Source: an uncultured delta proteobacterium (GTDB lineage Bacteria; Myxococcota_A; Polyangia; Haliangiales; Haliangiaceae). Taken from it: 64,000 nucleotides of DNA. The translations under genes and the position numbers were made by a program. The stretch is from positions 3,008,001-3,072,000 of the forward strand of contig CAWKDB010000010.1 in NCBI GenBank assembly GCA_963848295.1, read 5' to 3'. Within the stretch, counting starts at the first letter, position 1, and each line of letters begins with the position of its first letter. A model generated the notes under the pieces. The model did not search any database. It was not told the DNA's origin and saw nothing but the letters and a program-made list of their open reading frames with translations. Positions 36,812-46,905 of this stretch are shown here, piece by piece.

Positions 36812-38226
36812 TTACGGATTCGTCGCGGAGTGACGGCGGATAAACGTGGGGACGTCGAGCTCGGTCTCGGTGTCGATCTCGCCGGCGAGCACGGCCTTCA
36901 TGCTCGGTCGTGATTGAGCCCGCTTGCGATCGGGCTGGACGAGCGGCGCGCCGTCGACCGGCGACGGGCCCGAGCCACTCGCCATGCGTTGCGAGGGCTC
37001 ACCGTGCGGAACCGGATCGAGCTCCGAGCAACGCCTCGATCGACCGAGTCGGCGGCAGTCCAGTCGACCTCGATGTCCGGATCGTCGACGACCTGGGCCG
37101 CCGGGCGAGTGACGCGGCGGCGACGACGGCGGCGGATACTCCTTCGTGATCTGCGTCGAGACATCGTACGGCAGCGTGATCTGCTGCGCGCTCAGTCGCT
37201 TCGCCGGCAGCGTGGGCGCGACGTGGGTCTGGGCCGCATGGCCGTCGGGCAGGCCGGCCGTCTTCGCGGCGCGGTCGAAGCCGGTCGCGATCACGGTGAT
37301 GCGGACCTCGTCGGACAGGTTCGGGTCGATGACCGAGCCGAAGATGATGTTCGCGTCTTCGTGCGCGGCTTGCTGGATCAGCGACGACGCCTCGTTGACC
37401 TCGTGCAGCGTGAGGTCCGGGCCGCCGGTGATGTTGATCAGGATGCCGGTCGCGCCTTCGATCGAGACGTCCTCGAGCAGCGGCGAGCTGATCGCCGTCT
37501 CGGCGGCTTCGGTCGCGCGGCGCTTGCCGGTGCCGATGCCGGTGCCCATCAGCGCGCGGCCCATGCCGCTCATGATCGTGCGGACGTCGGCGAAGTCGAC
37601 GTTGATGAGGCCGGGGACGGTCATCAGGTCGCTGATGCCCTGCACCGCGTTGAGCAGCACCGAGTCGGCCTTGCGGAACGCCTCGACCATCGACGTGCTG
37701 CTGGCCGACCAGCGCGAGCAGGCGATTGTTCGGGATCACGATCAGCGTGTCGACCGCGCCGGCGAGCCGCTCGATGCCCTCGACCGCTTGCTTCGACGCG
37801 CTTCTTGCCTTCGAAGCCGAACGGCTTGGTCACGACGCCGACGGTGAGCGCGCCGCAGTCGCGCGCGATCTGCGCGATGACCGGCGCCGCGCCCGTGCCG
37901 GTGCCGCCGCCCATGCCGGCGGTCACGAACACCATGTCGGCGCCGCTGATCAAGTCGGCGATCGACTGCATGCTCTCTTCGGCCGAGCGGCGGCCGACGT
38001 CGGGGTTCGCGCCGGCGCCGAGACCCTTGGTCAGCGCGTTGCCGAGCTGGATCTTGTGAGGCGCCATGTTGGCCTCGAGCGCCTGCATGTCGGTGTTTGC
38101 GACGACGAACTCGACGCCGTCGAGGTTGCCGCTGATCATGGTGTTGACCGCGTTGCCGCCGCCGCCACCGACACCGATGACAAGGATCTTTGCGTGGCTG
38201 ACGTCGTCGAATTCGATGAGAGACAT
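36812..38226 (-). CDS. ftsZ: Cell division protein FtsZ (frameshifted in this sequence)
   Basis: [26 protein letters not shown] and C-terminal LDVPTFIRR are split across three frames; shifts near 37798 and 37701, probably more in the linker. Confidence 0.95.
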
Positions 38227-38294
38227 GGTTCGTAGGCCCCCTGGTAGACCCATATGAAAGTGGTCGATCCATGGGGGCAACTTTTTGAATCACC

Positions 38295-38594
38295 TCATGC
38301 GCAAGGAAACGCAACGAGCAGCGGGGCGGTGGACTCGGACTGGCCGCCGGTCTCGTGCGCGAGGCAGCCGGCGAGCTCGGCGGCGTCGGAGATCCCGTTG
38401 CAGGCCTCTGGGATCTCGCGGCACTCCTCGTAGCCCGACGGCGCCTCGCCGCTATCGATCCCGCAGCACGTGCAGACCTCGGCGCAGTACTGCGCGGCGC
38501 CGCACCGCGAGCTACCGCATTGCACCGGGGCGCCGGGGGGAGGGCGAGCCGTGCAAGCGGCGACCAGCGGAGCGAACAGCCAGGCGAACCTCAT
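38295..38594 (-). CDS. Small Cys-rich lipoprotein between ftsA and ftsZ
   Basis: LVAAC lipobox followed by 10 further Cys. Confidence 0.7.
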   Translation of the reverse strand: MRFAWLFAPLVAACTARPPPGAPVQCGSSRCGAAQYCAEVCTCCGIDSGEAPSGYEECREIPEACNGISDAAELAGCLAHETGGQSESTAPLLVAFPCA

Positions 38595-38708
38595 AGCCAC
38601 CCGCATCGCAACCACTGCGCCATTTCCCCGGCAGTGATTTCCATGGTTTCGACGGTGCTCGATGCGCGCTGGTCGAGCCGATCGCGGCAGCGGTGTCAGC
38701 GCGAATCG

Positions 38709-39944
38709 CTAGAAGATCTCGGCGAGCCGGCCCCAGGCGCGCCGGAACAAGCCACCGCGATCGTCGTTGCCACCGCGCGCCGGGGGCTTGATGTCGTGGC
38801 CGCGGTCCGCGCCGAACATCACGAGGCCGACGCCGGTCGAGTACGCGGGCGAGCGCACGACATCGACGAGCCCGCCGATTCGCGTCGGAGCGCCGCGCCG
38901 GGTCGGCAGGCCGACGATCAGCTCCGCGATCTCGGTGACGCCGTCCATCGCGGTCGCGCCGCCGGTGACGACGATGCCCGCGGCGAGGCCGTCGAAGTAG
39001 CCGCAGCGCATCAGCTCCTTCTTGACGTGCTCGAAGATCTCTTCGACTCGCGGCTCGATCACCTCGACGAGCTTGAGCCGCGGCAACACGCGCGGGCCGC
39101 GGCCGCCGACCGATGGCACTTCCATCGTCTCGTTGTCGTCGATGTGGCCGCGCCACGCGCAGCCGTACTTGCGCTTGATCTTCTCGGCCGCGTCGAGCGG
39201 CGTGCGCAACACCGTCGCGATGTCGTTCGTGACGTGACCACCGCCGAGCGGCAGCACCGCGGTGTGGACGATCGCACCGTCGGAGTAGACCATCAGGTCG
39301 CAGGTGCCGCCGCCGATGTCGACGAGCGCCACGCCGAGCTCTTTCTCGTCATCTTCGAGCACCGCGAGCGACGACGAGTACGACTCGAGCACGATGTCGG
39401 CGACCTGTAGGTTGCAGCGGTTCGCGCACTTCACGACGTTCTGCGCCGACGCGACCGGCGCGGTCACGATGTGGACCTTCGCTTCGAGCCGGACCCCGGC
39501 CATGCCGAGCGGATCGCGAATGCCGTCTTGATCGTCGACGACGTACTGCTGTGGCAACACGTGCAGCACTTCGCGGTCCATCGGGATCGCGACCGCCTTC
39601 GCCGCCTCGATCACGCGCGCGATGTCGGCCTCGCGGACCTCTTTGTCTTTGACCGCGACGATGCCGTGCGAGTTCAGGCCGCGCACGTGCGGGCCGGAGA
39701 TCGCGGCGTATACGGTCGAGATCTCGCAGCCGGCCATGTTCTCGGCTTCGTCGACCGCCTGTTGGATCGAGGCGACGGTCGCGTCGATGTTGACGACGTT
39801 GCCGCGCCGCATCCCCTTGGACGGCGCGGTGCCGATGCCGATGATGTCGATGCCGTCCTCGGTCACTTCTCCCGCGATGCACGCGATCTTGGTGGTGCCG
39901 ATATCGAGGCCGACGATGATCTCGGTGGACTTGGACTTGGACAT
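38709..39944 (-). CDS. ftsA: Cell division protein FtsA
   Basis: VGLDIGTTK, VDIGGGT, GGGHVTNDIA, YSTGVGL. Confidence 0.98.
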   Translation of the reverse strand: MSKSKSTEIIVGLDIGTTKIACIAGEVTEDGIDIIGIGTAPSKGMRRGNVVNIDATVASIQQAVDEAENMAGCEISTVYAAISGPHVRGLNSHGIVAVKDKEVREADIARVIEAAKAVAIPMDREVLHVLPQQYVVDDQDGIRDPLGMAGVRLEAKVHIVTAPVASAQNVVKCANRCNLQVADIVLESYSSSLAVLEDDEKELGVALVDIGGGTCDLMVYSDGAIVHTAVLPLGGGHVTNDIATVLRTPLDAAEKIKRKYGCAWRGHIDDNETMEVPSVGGRGPRVLPRLKLVEVIEPRVEEIFEHVKKELMRCGYFDGLAAGIVVTGGATAMDGVTEIAELIVGLPTRRGAPTRIGGLVDVVRSPAYSTGVGLVMFGADRGHDIKPPARGGNDDRGGLFRRAWGRLAEIF

Positions 39945-39950
39945 GCGGCT

Positions 39951-40865
39951 TTAGGGCTCTTTCAGTGCGACGGTGACTTGGTCGAGGCGCTGGGCGACGT
40001 GGATCGCGCGAGCGCGCGCGCGTTGGGAATCGGTGAGCTGGGCCCAGGCGGCGTCGAACGTGTCCATCCGCGCCGCGATCGCCGAGTCGAGTCCGCCGAG
40101 ATCGATCGCGATCGCGGCGTCGTAGGTCTCGAGGGTCAGGCTGTCGTGCGCGCCGAGGTGGATCTCGCCGATCGCAGGCCGGCCGGCGACCGAGCTCCAC
40201 AGCGCGCGCGCCTGCAGCGCCGAATGGACGAGGCTCGCGACGGTGTCCGCGGGAGTCGCGCGATCGATGCCGGTGATCACCGGCAGGCCGGCGCCGTCGG
40301 ACTCGTCGAACCGTTTGAACGGATGGCCATCGCCATCGACGAGGTACAGCTCGCCGAGCTCGACGACCGCGGCCGCCTCGCGCTCGTGAACCTCGACGAC
40401 GATCGTGTGCGGCAACACGCGGTGAATGTCGACGTCGGCGATCCACGGGTTCGTCCGGACGCCGGTCGCCGCGCGGTCGAGCTGCGCCGCGAACACGTTG
40501 TCGCCGAGCGCCAGGCCCGTCGCGGTACGGATCTGATCGGCGGACACCCGGTGGTTGCCCTCGACCGTGATCGCGGTGATCGCGAACCGCGGCGACGTCG
40601 TGACGAACCGGTAACCGGCGTACGCGGTGCCACCGAGCACGGCGACCGCGGCGGTCGCGGCGAGGGCGGGCATCGACCGGCGCAGCGCGCGGCCGCATGC
40701 ATCGGCGATCACCGCCGGCCGCGGCATCCGGCTCCACAGCGAGCCTTGGCGCCGGCGGTTCGTCTTCGCTCGGACGGTCAGTCGCGACGAAGCCGGCGGA
40801 GTCGGACGTGCGGGTGCGGCCGCCGCCGCGACACGGGCCGCCCCCTGACGGCGGGATCGATCCAT
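39951..40865 (-). CDS. ftsQ: Cell division protein FtsQ/DivIB
   Basis: TM helix, POTRA-like VEGN...NPWIADVDIHRVLPHTIVVEVHER, LPVITG; upstream of ftsA. Confidence 0.9.
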   Translation of the reverse strand: MDRSRRQGAARVAAAAAPARPTPPASSRLTVRAKTNRRRQGSLWSRMPRPAVIADACGRALRRSMPALAATAAVAVLGGTAYAGYRFVTTSPRFAITAITVEGNHRVSADQIRTATGLALGDNVFAAQLDRAATGVRTNPWIADVDIHRVLPHTIVVEVHEREAAAVVELGELYLVDGDGHPFKRFDESDGAGLPVITGIDRATPADTVASLVHSALQARALWSSVAGRPAIGEIHLGAHDSLTLETYDAAIAIDLGGLDSAIAARMDTFDAAWAQLTDSQRARARAIHVAQRLDQVTVALKEP

Positions 40866-40896
40866 GGTTCGAAATACTCATGTCGTGATCTCGAGA

Positions 40897-40917
40897 GCCA
40901 ATTTTTTGCGTAGTTCC
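40897..40917 (-). promoter_or_regulatory. Candidate promoter/operator motif upstream of ftsQ
   Basis: GGAACTACGCAAAAAATTGGC; 17/21 identical to the motif upstream of ftsL. Confidence 0.45.
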
Positions 40918-41047
40918 GGATCTCTCCCGCGGCTCGCGCGATGGAACGACAGTTGCCGTTGCTGCCGCTAGTGGTGCGCCGAGATCGACACACCGTTGGG
41001 ACCGCTCGTCGTCCTCCGCCCTAGGGTGATCTCGGTCGTGCTGCGGT

Positions 41048-41491
41048 TCAGTCGTCATCGTCATCGTCATCGGAGACGTTGACGTCGTCTTTCTTCTTGC
41101 CCTTCTTCGCGGGCGCTTTCCGGGCGGACTTCTTGGCCACCGCTTTCGCCGGCTTGTCGTCATCGTCGTCATCGTCGTCGGCCTTCTTCGCGGCAGCCTT
41201 GGCCGGCTTCCTCGTCGCCTTCCGGTCGTCGTCGGAGTCGGCGTCATCGTCGTCCGACTTCGCGGCTTTCTTCACGTGCTCGACCCTGACGCCCTTCCTG
41301 AGCTCCGGTCTTGGAGCGACCGCGACCGCGGCCGACTTTGCCGCCGGTGTGGCCGTCGCCGGAGTCGTCGACTTGGCCGTAGGCGAGGTCGGCCGCGGGC
41401 CCGAACCGACCCCGGTGCGTGGCCTGAACGTCTGGGCGCTCGCGGCGGTCGCGAACAGGGCGAGGACCAAGGCGACGGTCAGGGCGCGCAT
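41048..41491 (-). CDS. Secreted low-complexity Lys/Asp-rich protein
   Basis: Signal peptide ending ASA-Q; alternating Lys/Ala blocks and poly-Asp tracts. Confidence 0.65.
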   Translation of the reverse strand: MRALTVALVLALFATAASAQTFRPRTGVGSGPRPTSPTAKSTTPATATPAAKSAAVAVAPRPELRKGVRVEHVKKAAKSDDDDADSDDDRKATRKPAKAAAKKADDDDDDDDKPAKAVAKKSARKAPAKKGKKKDDVNVSDDDDDDD

Positions 41492-41525
41492 GACCGTAAT
41501 CGTGCCATATCGCCAAGTCGGAGGG

Positions 41526-42890
41526 TCAACGTTTCGGAATCGCGGACTTATCGCACGGGCCGCGATCGATCGAGTCGACCGATGCGAGCAGTAGATCGCC
41601 GCCCGGACCGGGCTTGAACCCGAACCGGAACTCGCGGTCGTCGGTCTTGCAGGTCGTGCCGGTGCAGTGCGCGAACGCCGCGACCATCTGCTCGAGGTCC
41701 GGCAGCTGGAACTGATCGCGCGAGATTCGATCGGTGACGCGCTCGAAGTGCGGATCCCCATCGCCATCCGCGTCGATCGTGTTGTTCGGATCGTAGGTCA
41801 CGACCGCTTGATCGACGCCTTGTAGCGGCAGCCAGCTGTCGAGCGGCAGCTGATCGCTCGGCGGCAGCCGATCCCACGAAGCCAGCACGCAGAGCTGGCG
41901 CATCATCACCGCCGGCGAGCGCGTGTGCGGTCGCGTCGGGACGAAGCGCAGGTCGCCGTGCTCGCGCAGCAGATCGGCGGCGGTGGCGGCGAGCTCGCAG
42001 TCGGTGTCTCTCGTCGTCGCGACGAGCAGGCGCTGAAGATCGGGCAGCGGCTTGCCGTTGTTGCTCGCGTCGTCGGCGTCGACCAGATCGTGCAGCGACT
42101 CGATCCGCGTGACCAACCGCAGCTTCTTGTCGGCGACCGCGGTCAGGTAAACCGCGCGATTCGCCTCCGCCGACAACACCTCGACCGCGCCATCGATGTG
42201 CAACCTCGTCGCGGCTTCGGTCAGTGCCGCGGTGTCGAGCCCGCCGACCGAGCTGCTCGCCAGATCCGTGTGACCGGCCGCGGCGGCGAGGGCGAGTAGC
42301 TCGAGCCTGAGTGCGCCGTCGTCGCTCGGTGCGAAGCTGAGCGCGGCAGACACGAGCTGGTTCTCGGGCGGCGGCATCGCGGCGAGGGCCAGCAGGCTGT
42401 CGTGGATCGCCGGCAGATCCGATTCGTCGAGCTGACCGAGCGCCCAGATCGCGAGCCAGCGCCGCAGACACGGCTCTGCGATCGTCGCGTTCGGCGCCGG
42501 ATCGCCGAGGTCCACCGGCGGCATCGCGCACTGCTGCACGATCGGCTGTGGCAGCACGCACGTGAAGTTGCCCTCGTGCAGCAGCGCGATCGCGAGCTGA
42601 TGGGCGATCGGAGTCGGCACCTCGCCGAGCTTGACGTCCCAGTCCTCGCCGGTCGGCGCGATGCGCTTCCACAGCGCGATCGCATCGGCATCGCTCGCGA
42701 GGTGGACCGTGCTCCAGTCGACCTGGACCCACCGGCGCGGCGGCGGATCATCCGGCCGATCCGCAGGGACCGGCGTCGGATGGACGACCCGCGCAGGCCT
42801 CACCGGTGCGGGCGCGAGCGGCGGTGGCGCCGGTGCAGCTCCGCAGGCCGCGGTCAATCCGGCGCACGCGAGCAGCACCAGCGGGGTCAC
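41526..42890 (-). CDS. Hypothetical lipoprotein with helical repeats
   Basis: LTAAC lipobox, Pro-rich tether, several Cys; start uncertain. Confidence 0.7.
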   Translation of the reverse strand: MTPLVLLACAGLTAACGAAPAPPPLAPAPVRPARVVHPTPVPADRPDDPPPRRWVQVDWSTVHLASDADAIALWKRIAPTGEDWDVKLGEVPTPIAHQLAIALLHEGNFTCVLPQPIVQQCAMPPVDLGDPAPNATIAEPCLRRWLAIWALGQLDESDLPAIHDSLLALAAMPPPENQLVSAALSFAPSDDGALRLELLALAAAAGHTDLASSSVGGLDTAALTEAATRLHIDGAVEVLSAEANRAVYLTAVADKKLRLVTRIESLHDLVDADDASNNGKPLPDLQRLLVATTRDTDCELAATAADLLREHGDLRFVPTRPHTRSPAVMMRQLCVLASWDRLPPSDQLPLDSWLPLQGVDQAVVTYDPNNTIDADGDGDPHFERVTDRISRDQFQLPDLEQMVAAFAHCTGTTCKTDDREFRFGFKPGPGGDLLLASVDSIDRGPCDKSAIPKR

Positions 42891-43027
42891 CAGCTTTAGA
42901 CGTCCGACCTGGCCCGCGGTTGCAACTGTGATGATGGCGCGATTTCCGTCGGAACGGAACATCGGACAGGAACGTGCTGCGCTCACCGTGATCAGTATAG
43001 TGCGCTCCGCTTTCCAAGGAGATCGAC

Positions 43028-43627
43028 ATGAAAACGCTCTCGCAGATGGTGTTCGCTGTGGCGATGTGTGGCGCCGGGCTCGTCTACGCCGGACCAGGTG
43101 ACATGAAGGGCGCGCCCGTGCCGCCCCCGACCGGCGCGAAGATGGAGCTGCCCAAAGCCCCGCCACAGGAGATCTCCGACATGGCCAAGGCGATGAACGG
43201 CACGTGGCGGTGCACCGGCACCGACATGGGGATGGACGGCGCGAGCGTGAAGTTCAACGCCACCATGACGAGCAAGACCGATCTCGACGGCTGGTGGCAT
43301 CACGACTCGATGACCGGAACCTCGGGCCAGGGCAAGACCGCGATGAAGTTCAAGATGGAGTCGTACACGACGTTCGACCCCGGCATGAAGAAGTGGCACT
43401 CGGTCTCGGTGATGAACGACGGCGGCCAGATGGTCGGCGAGTCGGACGGCATGAAGGACATGAAGATGGAGACGACGGCCGACACCTGGGGCCCGATGGG
43501 CCAGGGCATGTTCAAGGACCACGTCGACGCGAGCGACATGAAGAAGGGCGTGCACATGTGGGGCGAGGCGTCGATCGACAAGGGCAAGACGTTCAAGCCC
43601 GTCTACGACATGATGTGCAAGAAGTAG
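43028..43627 (+). CDS. Secreted Met-rich protein, DUF1579-like
   Basis: AGGAG RBS, signal peptide, GTWRCTG...FDPGMKKWHSVSVMNDGG; 25 Met in 199 aa. Confidence 0.8.
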   Translation: MKTLSQMVFAVAMCGAGLVYAGPGDMKGAPVPPPTGAKMELPKAPPQEISDMAKAMNGTWRCTGTDMGMDGASVKFNATMTSKTDLDGWWHHDSMTGTSGQGKTAMKFKMESYTTFDPGMKKWHSVSVMNDGGQMVGESDGMKDMKMETTADTWGPMGQGMFKDHVDASDMKKGVHMWGEASIDKGKTFKPVYDMMCKK

Positions 43628-43648
43628 CCACGCGGCGCCGGTCGATCG

Positions 43649-44584
43649 TCAGCGCGCCGATGCGAGGATGGTCTCGCACAGCGTCGCGTAGTCGATGCCG
43701 ATCGCTTTCGCGATCTTCGGCAACAGGCTCGTCTTGGTCATGCCGGGCAGCGTGTTGACCTCGAGCACGAACGGCTCGCCGGCGGTCGATACGCGCAAGT
43801 CGGGCCGTGAATGACCGGAGCAACCGAGCGCGGTGTACGCGGCGAGCGCGTGATGCTCGATCGCGGCGACGGTGTCGCGCGGCAGCTCCGGCGGTAGCAA
43901 GTACGTCGTGTCGCCGCGCTTGTACTTCGCGTCGTAGTCGTAGAACTTGCCGGCGGGGCGAACCTCGACCGAGCCGAGCACGACGCCGTCGACGATGCCG
44001 ACGAACACCTCGGTGCCCGCGATGTAGTCCTCGACGATCACCGGGCCGTGAAACGTGCGCGCGAGCGCGACCGCGGCGGCGAGCTGATCGCGGCGCTCGA
44101 CGATCGTGACGCCGACCGAGCTGCCTTCGTTGCCGGGCTTGATCACGCACGGCAGCGGCCAATCGGCGAGCGCGCTCGGCGCATCGCTGCCATCCGGCGG
44201 GCCGTCGTGCGCGACCAGGCGCCAGCGCGGGGTCGGCACGCCGTTCGATTCGAAGATCCGCTTCGACATCACCTTGTCCATCGCGAGCGCGCTCGCGAGG
44301 ATCCCGGAGCCGGTGCACGGGATGCCGAGACACGCGCACAAGCCCTGGACCGCGCCGTCTTCGCCGAACGTGCCGTGCAGCGCGTTCCATACGACCGCAG
44401 GTCTCGCGTCCTCGAGCAGGCGCGGCAGGCTGGTGCCGGTCGCCCAATCGATCGCGACCGCATCCCAGCCCTTGGCGACGAGCGCGGCGAGCACGCCGGC
44501 GCCGGTGTCGAGCGACACCTCGCGCTCCGCCGACAAGCCACCCAACACGACGGCGACGCGACGGCCTGCGAACCGGTGAGCCAT
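43649..44584 (-). CDS. ddl: D-alanine--D-alanine ligase
   Basis: GGLSAEREVSL, LHGTFGEDG, GSSVGV, FYDYDAKY, LEVNTLPGMT. Confidence 0.97.
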   Translation of the reverse strand: MAHRFAGRRVAVVLGGLSAEREVSLDTGAGVLAALVAKGWDAVAIDWATGTSLPRLLEDARPAVVWNALHGTFGEDGAVQGLCACLGIPCTGSGILASALAMDKVMSKRIFESNGVPTPRWRLVAHDGPPDGSDAPSALADWPLPCVIKPGNEGSSVGVTIVERRDQLAAAVALARTFHGPVIVEDYIAGTEVFVGIVDGVVLGSVEVRPAGKFYDYDAKYKRGDTTYLLPPELPRDTVAAIEHHALAAYTALGCSGHSRPDLRVSTAGEPFVLEVNTLPGMTKTSLLPKIAKAIGIDYATLCETILASAR

Positions 44585-44615
44585 GCGGTCTTGTACTACG
44601 CCGCCGGCTCGCGCG

Positions 44616-45821
44616 TTATTGCGCCCAGACTTGAACGCGCGCGTGACCCTCGCCGGGCACGTTGCGATACGTGAAGTCGATCGAGCTGATCGACCGACCG
44701 TCGTTGCCCCAGCCCTCGGGCAGATCGATGACGCGCGTGCGCTGGCCTTCGCGGAAGTTGTGGGTCACGCCGGGCCGCCACGGCTCGCCGCGGCCGAGCC
44801 GGACGGTGAAGTCGACGAGATCGAGATCGCTGTTCTCGACGACCAACGTGAGCCGGCGAAACTTGCCGTCCTGGCGACCGACCGCGATCGAATCGCGCTC
44901 CATCTTGCCGTGGCCGTGGACCTCGCGCTCGCCGAGCATCGTCCAGCCGTCGCTGTTCCACGCCCGCGGCGGCGCGGCCACCGCTTGGCCTCCGACGCGA
45001 CGGCCCCATACCTGGAGTCGCGCGTGACCTGCGCCGGGGAGGTTGCGATACACGAAGTCCAGCGAGTGAATCGTCCGGCCGTCGCTGCCCCACGCGGTGT
45101 CCGGCAGGTCGATCACGCGGGTGCGTTGGCCTTCGCGGAAGGAGTGTGTCACCCCCGGGCGGAACGCCTGGTTGTGACCGAACTGCACCGTGAAGTCGAC
45201 GAGCTCCAGGTCGCTGTCCTCGACGACGAGCGTCAGCTTGTCGAACCGGCCCTCTTGGCGGCCGACCGCGATCGAGTCGCGCTCCATCTTGCCGTGACCA
45301 TGAACCTCGCGGTCGCCGAGCATCTCCCAGCCGCGCGAGTCCCACACCTGCGCGGGCGGCGGCGGTGGTGGTGCGATCGCGGTAGCACCCGTGCGCCAGC
45401 CGTAGACCTGCACGTGCGCGTGACCTTCGCCGGGCACGTTGCGATACGTGAAGTCGAGCGACGAGATCGTGCGCGCTTCCTTGCCCCACGCCGATTCCGG
45501 GAACTCGATCACGCGAGTGCGCTGACCCTCCTGAAAATGATGCGAGACACCGGGACGCCATGGCTCACCGCGGCCGAACTTGACCGTGAAGTCGACGAGC
45601 TCGAGATCGCTATTCTCGACGACGATCGTCAGCTTGCTGAACTTGCCGTCTTGCCGGCCGACCGCGATCGAGTCGCGCTCCATCTTGCCGTGGCCATGCA
45701 CGGTGGTCTCACCGAGCAAGACCCAGCCGTGCGAGTCCCACGCCGGGGCGGGTTGTGCCCGAGCGGCCGGTGCAGCCACCGCGACCGCGAACGCCATCAC
45801 CATCAGATTGAAAAGTTTCAT
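44616..45821 (-). CDS. Secreted protein made of three near-identical ~120-aa domains (DUF2541-like)
   Basis: Three copies of GWxxLGExxVHGHGKMERDSI...EGQRTRVIxxP...YRNxPGxGHAxxQVxG. Confidence 0.85.
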   Translation of the reverse strand: MKLFNLMVMAFAVAVAAPAARAQPAPAWDSHGWVLLGETTVHGHGKMERDSIAVGRQDGKFSKLTIVVENSDLELVDFTVKFGRGEPWRPGVSHHFQEGQRTRVIEFPESAWGKEARTISSLDFTYRNVPGEGHAHVQVYGWRTGATAIAPPPPPPAQVWDSRGWEMLGDREVHGHGKMERDSIAVGRQEGRFDKLTLVVEDSDLELVDFTVQFGHNQAFRPGVTHSFREGQRTRVIDLPDTAWGSDGRTIHSLDFVYRNLPGAGHARLQVWGRRVGGQAVAAPPRAWNSDGWTMLGEREVHGHGKMERDSIAVGRQDGKFRRLTLVVENSDLDLVDFTVRLGRGEPWRPGVTHNFREGQRTRVIDLPEGWGNDGRSISSIDFTYRNVPGEGHARVQVWAQ

Positions 45822-45861
45822 GGGGCGAAACTACCCGCGTTCCCGTGCAAGCTCAACGCCT

Positions 45862-46902
45862 CTACTCGACGATGATCGGCTCGGGCTCGAGCGGGATGCC
45901 GAGGCGATCTCGCACGCCGGCTTGGATCTGGCGGGCGAGCGCGAGCAGCTCGGCCGCGGTCGCGCCACCGCGGTTGACGAGGGCGAGCGCATGCTTGTTC
46001 GAGATCCCGACCCGGCCGACCGAGAACCCTTTGCTGAACCCGGCGCGCTCGATCAGCCACGCCGCCGACAGCTTCGTCAGCCCGCCGGCAGCGGGCCAGC
46101 TCGGAAACGCGACGCCGTCGCCGAGTCGCCGCGCGAGCTCGGCGAGCCGACCGGCATCGACGAGCGGGTTCGTGAAGAACGAGCCGGCGCTGCGCGATTC
46201 CGGGTCACCCGGATCGACGACCATGCCCTTGCCGCGGCGCAGCGCGATCACGGTGTCGCGCACGCGTTGCAGCGGCGCACGCTCGCCTTCGGCGATGCCG
46301 AGCGCCTTCGCGAGCTCGGGGTAACGGATCGGCATCGATTGCTCGCTGCGTGGAAACCGGAACCGCGCTTCGACGATGATCCAGCGATCGCTGCCGCGAA
46401 ACATGCTCGTGCGATAGCCGAGCTTGCAAGCCGCGCGCTCGAGCTTGTCGAGCGTTCCGGTCTGGCGATCCCACGCGCGCACGAACACGAGCGTGTCGCT
46501 GATCTCCTGGCCATACGCGCCCACGTTTTGCATCGGCGTCGCGCCGACCAAGCCGGGAATCCCCGACAGACACTCGACGCCCGCGAGGCCGTGCGCGCAC
46601 ATCTCGGCGACGAAGTCGTCCCACCCGTGGCCGCCGAACACGGACACGATCGCATCGTTCGAGGTCACCGGCTCGTGCACGCTCGTGCCCGTCATCGCGA
46701 GCTGGACGACGAGACCGTCGAATCCGGCATCGCCGATCACGACGTTGCTGCCGCCGCCGAGGATCATCACGCGGTCGCCGGTGGCATTCGCGTCGCGCAG
46801 CGCGAGCTCGAGCTCCATCGTGCCACCGACCCGCACGAACCGCTTCGCCCGCCCGCCGATCCCGAGTGTCGTCAGCGGCGCGAGCGGAACATCGCGCTCG
46901 AT
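45862..46902 (-). CDS. murB: UDP-N-acetylmuramate dehydrogenase (start codon anomalous)
   Basis: PLAPLTTLGIGG, LGGGSN, GIPGLVGA, QNVGAYG, SAGSFFTNP, HALALVN, LEPEP. Confidence 0.95.
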   Translation of the reverse strand: MERDVPLAPLTTLGIGGRAKRFVRVGGTMELELALRDANATGDRVMILGGGSNVVIGDAGFDGLVVQLAMTGTSVHEPVTSNDAIVSVFGGHGWDDFVAEMCAHGLAGVECLSGIPGLVGATPMQNVGAYGQEISDTLVFVRAWDRQTGTLDKLERAACKLGYRTSMFRGSDRWIIVEARFRFPRSEQSMPIRYPELAKALGIAEGERAPLQRVRDTVIALRRGKGMVVDPGDPESRSAGSFFTNPLVDAGRLAELARRLGDGVAFPSWPAAGGLTKLSAAWLIERAGFSKGFSVGRVGISNKHALALVNRGGATAAELLALARQIQAGVRDRLGIPLEPEPIIVE

Positions 46903-46905
46903 GCA

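Noticed and set aside
40920..41045. Possible structured ncRNA upstream of ftsQ (CCGAGATC...GATCTCGG stem)
   Set aside because: A single 8-bp GC-rich stem with no recognisable family motif.
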